Shown here: piece after piece, positions 61,412 to 64,000 of the stretch
Layout: each line of letters starts with the position of its first letter
Numbering within the stretch: the first letter of the stretch is position 1
From: Myxococcota bacterium
GTDB taxonomy: Bacteria; Myxococcota_A; Polyangia; Nannocystales; Nannocystaceae
Reading direction: 5' to 3'
NCBI GenBank assembly: GCA_039028615.1
Contig: JBCCHT010000012.1
Span: 128,001 to 192,000 of the forward strand
DNA: 64,000 nt
Made by a program: the position numbers and the translations under genes
Notes under the pieces: generated by a model
What the model was told of the DNA's origin: nothing
The model's database searches: none
The model's input: the letters and a program-made list of their open reading frames with translations, nothing else

Positions 61412-61576
61412 CTACAGCAGCCACACCAGCACCACGATCCACACCGTAAAGTTGAACACCAGCACGCCCACGCGATCCCACGCCACCATGGGCATCGCCG
61501 GCGGCCGCCACTCCACACCACTGGTCGCAGGAGCGACCACGAAGATGTCGCTGCTCCCCGGCTCCGTAATGGTCAT
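61412..61576 (-). CDS. Small membrane protein (54 aa) missed by the ORF track
   Basis: MTITEPGSSDIFVVAPATSGVEWRPPAMPMVAWDRVGVLVFNFTVWIVVLVWLL; AAGGGA upstream; C-terminal TM. Confidence 0.55.
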   Translation of the reverse strand: MTITEPGSSDIFVVAPATSGVEWRPPAMPMVAWDRVGVLVFNFTVWIVVLVWLL

Positions 61577-61848
61577 CACCAACGCATTCCCTTCATCGAA
61601 TCGCAGGCCACATCGATGAAGAGTGTGCTCACGGTCGGTCGGACGACGGTTCGACGCTCCGGCGGCATGCAGGGCGTCGGCGACCGGCTACCGACCCGCG
61701 TTCTTGCTTCGGGCGCTCGCAGCACGGGGCTGCGCCGCGCCGAGCGAGCCCCGTATCGCCTTGAAATCACACACGGAAGGCCACGCGAAGCACCACGCCT
61801 TGACCGGGGCGCCCGTGCGACCGATTAACGCCTTCGGAAAGCACCGCC

Positions 61849-62541
61849 GTGCCCTCGCACCCCTCCTCCGTCACTTTTCGCCTTCGTCGCCTGCTCGGGC
61901 TGGAACTCGACGTCTCCCCGCAGGTCGATGTGCCCCGGGAAGTGCTCGGCACGGAATACGGGGGGCACTGCGTGTCGCTGCCGCCGCTCGACGCCAGCAG
62001 CGTGGTGTACTCGGTCGGCTTGGGCGAGGACATCTCGTTCGACCTCGAGCTCATCGAGCGCGTCGGGGCCCAGGTCCACGGCTTCGATCCCACCCCGCGC
62101 TCGATCGCCTGGGTGAAGGAGCAAAACCTGCCGCCGCAGTTCGAGCTGCACGAGATCGGCTTGGGTGCCGAGGACGGCGAGCTGGCCTTCAACCCGCCGG
62201 AGAACCCCGAGCACATCTCGCATACCCTGCTCGAGCGGCCCAAGACCTCCGGCAGCAGCATCACCGTGCCCATCCGCAAGCTCTCCACCGTGATGGAAGA
62301 GCTCGGGCACACCCGCCTCGACGTGCTCAAGCTCGACATCGAAGGCAGCGAGTACGAGGTCATCGACGACCTGCTCGCTCGCGGCACCGACGTGGGTCAG
62401 CTGCTCATCGAGTTCCACCACCAGTTCAAGTCGATTCCCGTGGCTCGCACCCGGGACGCGATCGCCAAGCTCAACGACGCCGGATACTCGGTCTTCAGCG
62501 TCTCGCCCAGCGGACGTGAAGTCTCGCTCATCCGTCGCTGA
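61849..62541 (+). CDS. FkbM-family SAM methyltransferase
   Basis: VVYSVGLGEDISFD, VHGFDPTP, LDVLKLDIEGSEYEV, QLLIEFHH. Confidence 0.9.
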   Translation: MPSHPSSVTFRLRRLLGLELDVSPQVDVPREVLGTEYGGHCVSLPPLDASSVVYSVGLGEDISFDLELIERVGAQVHGFDPTPRSIAWVKEQNLPPQFELHEIGLGAEDGELAFNPPENPEHISHTLLERPKTSGSSITVPIRKLSTVMEELGHTRLDVLKLDIEGSEYEVIDDLLARGTDVGQLLIEFHHQFKSIPVARTRDAIAKLNDAGYSVFSVSPSGREVSLIRR

Positions 62542-62556
62542 CGAGCCGGTATCCAC

Positions 62557-63660
62557 ATGCGGATCCTGGTCGTTGCCACTCACATCAAGGTGCCCGACTC
62601 GCACGGCGGGTCGACGCACGTCAGCGAGCTGCACCGCAACCTGGGGCGCCACGGACCCACGCTGCTGTTGTGCCGCAACGGCTCGAGCGGCGACAACGTG
62701 GTCGGCGTGTCGTTTTACGGCAAGCACCCGCCGCTCGGCCTCAAGCACGCGCTGTCGGTGGCCTACCTGCCCAAGGCCCTCCGGGCGGCGCGTCGCTTCG
62801 CGCCCGACGTGATCTACGAGCGCGGGTCTTCGAACGGCCTGGGCATGATGCTCAGCCGCATCCTGAAGATCCCCATGCTCACCATGGTGCTCGACGAGCA
62901 CTACAGCCCGCTGTCGCTGGCCCACGCGCGTCGCATCATCGCCACCAACCTCGAGCTCATCCCCGCCGCGCACCGCCACAAGGGGGTGAAGGTCAGCTGG
63001 GGCGCCAACACCGACCACTTCCGGGCGGACCTCGACGGTGCCCCCGCCCGCGCGCAGTTCGGGTTCGAACAGGACCAGACGGTCGTCGGCTACACGGGCT
63101 CCTTCCAGGACTGGCACGGCCTGCGCTACCTGGTGCAGGCCGCCGAGCGGCTCCGCGATCGCCCCGTGCGGTACTTGCTGATCGGGGATGGCCGTCGCCG
63201 CGAAGAGACCGAGGCCGCAGTGGCCGAGCGAGGGCTCCGCGATCGTTTCGTGTTCACCGGGCGCGTGCCCTACGACGACGTGCCGCGGCTGCTGGCCGCC
63301 GCCGACTGCTGCGTCGCCCCCTTCGACCCCGATCGCCACCCGCTGTCCGCCCGCGAGGGCTTTGCGCTCGATCCCCTCAAGGTGTTCGAGTACCTCGCCA
63401 TGGCCAAGCCCACGATCACCATCAAGGCGGGCAACATCGAGGCGCTGTTCCGCGATCCCGACCACCTGACCATGGTGCCGCGCCGCGATCCCGCCGCCCT
63501 GGCCCAGGCCATCGAGCATGTGGCCGACAACCCGGAGGCCGCCCGCGAAGCGGCACGGGCCGGGCATCAGCGCGTGCTCGAAGACCGTACCTGGGCCTCC
63601 CACGCCGCTCACCTCGCGACCCTCTTCGAGCAGATGATCGAAGAGGATCGGCGCGGCTAG
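62557..63660 (+). CDS. Glycosyltransferase family 4
   Basis: MRILVV, GGSTHV, PDVIYER, GYTGSF..WHG, LLIGDG, FTGRVP, PLKVFEYLAMAKP. Confidence 0.92.
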   Translation: MRILVVATHIKVPDSHGGSTHVSELHRNLGRHGPTLLLCRNGSSGDNVVGVSFYGKHPPLGLKHALSVAYLPKALRAARRFAPDVIYERGSSNGLGMMLSRILKIPMLTMVLDEHYSPLSLAHARRIIATNLELIPAAHRHKGVKVSWGANTDHFRADLDGAPARAQFGFEQDQTVVGYTGSFQDWHGLRYLVQAAERLRDRPVRYLLIGDGRRREETEAAVAERGLRDRFVFTGRVPYDDVPRLLAAADCCVAPFDPDRHPLSAREGFALDPLKVFEYLAMAKPTITIKAGNIEALFRDPDHLTMVPRRDPAALAQAIEHVADNPEAAREAARAGHQRVLEDRTWASHAAHLATLFEQMIEEDRRG

Positions 63661-64000
63661 CTAGCCACAGAAGCCGCCCTCGAGACTGAGGGCCGTCCCC
63701 TGGACCACCACCTCGGGGATGTTGCAGCTACCCCCGTTGCAGTCGCCGTTGTCGGCACACTCGGAGCAAACCTCCAGGACGGGAATGCCCATGATGTCGG
63801 CGGGCACGCACAGGTCCGAGGCGCACTCTTCCGGGCCGTTGCAGCCGCCCAGCAGCGGCTGCGAATCGGGGGCGACGCAGTGCCAGAATCCACCCAGCAC
63901 CCCGAGGTCATACTGCGGTGCGCACTCGAGCCCCGGGGCGCAGTCGGAGTCGGTGATGCACTGGCCGCACGTGCTGTTGTCGAGGATGCCCGGGACCTCG
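63661..64000 (-). CDS. 3' end of a Cys-rich protein (runs off the window)
   Basis: Open frame from the window edge: ...TCGQCITDSDCAPGLEC...CSECADNGDCNGGSC...GGFCG-TAG. Confidence 0.7.
   Translation of the reverse strand, partial: EVPGILDNSTCGQCITDSDCAPGLECAPQYDLGVLGGFWHCVAPDSQPLLGGCNGPEECASDLCVPADIMGIPVLEVCSECADNGDCNGGSCNIPEVVVQGTALSLEGGFCG

Overview
GC-rich bacterial DNA whose gene content points to a myxobacterium, probably Nannocystaceae-like. That placement is inferred from MYXO-CTERM tails, many Cys-rich lipoproteins with Ser/Thr/Gly linkers, and expanded kinase-TPR and ECF genes. The first ~27 kb carries core genes (SspB-like adaptor, pckA, ppa, prfC, an aldo/keto reductase) mixed with exported hydrolases and lipoproteins. 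From ~27 to ~61.6 kb there is a signalling-rich accessory region. It holds six Ser/Thr kinases, three ECF sigma factors, a translationally coupled ECF/anti-sigma-like/CHAT-protease cassette, a 12-CxxCH cytochrome fusing a decaheme module to a RoxA/MauG-type diheme module, and a LysM + IPT/TIG-phospholipase D effector-like operon. The window ends with an FkbM methyltransferase and a GT4 glycosyltransferase. The standout observation is at 1096-1488. The 73-aa ORF ending '...YDCT-TGA' continues in frame for 56 more well-biased codons. The TGA is followed after an 11-nt spacer by a perfect hairpin with a GGUC loop, the same layout as the E. coli fdhF SECIS. This makes it a candidate ~130-aa selenoprotein (CxU) of a family I do not recognise. 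I saw no tRNA, rRNA, CRISPR array or transposase/integrase. Many start codons were re-chosen by eye and are approximate.
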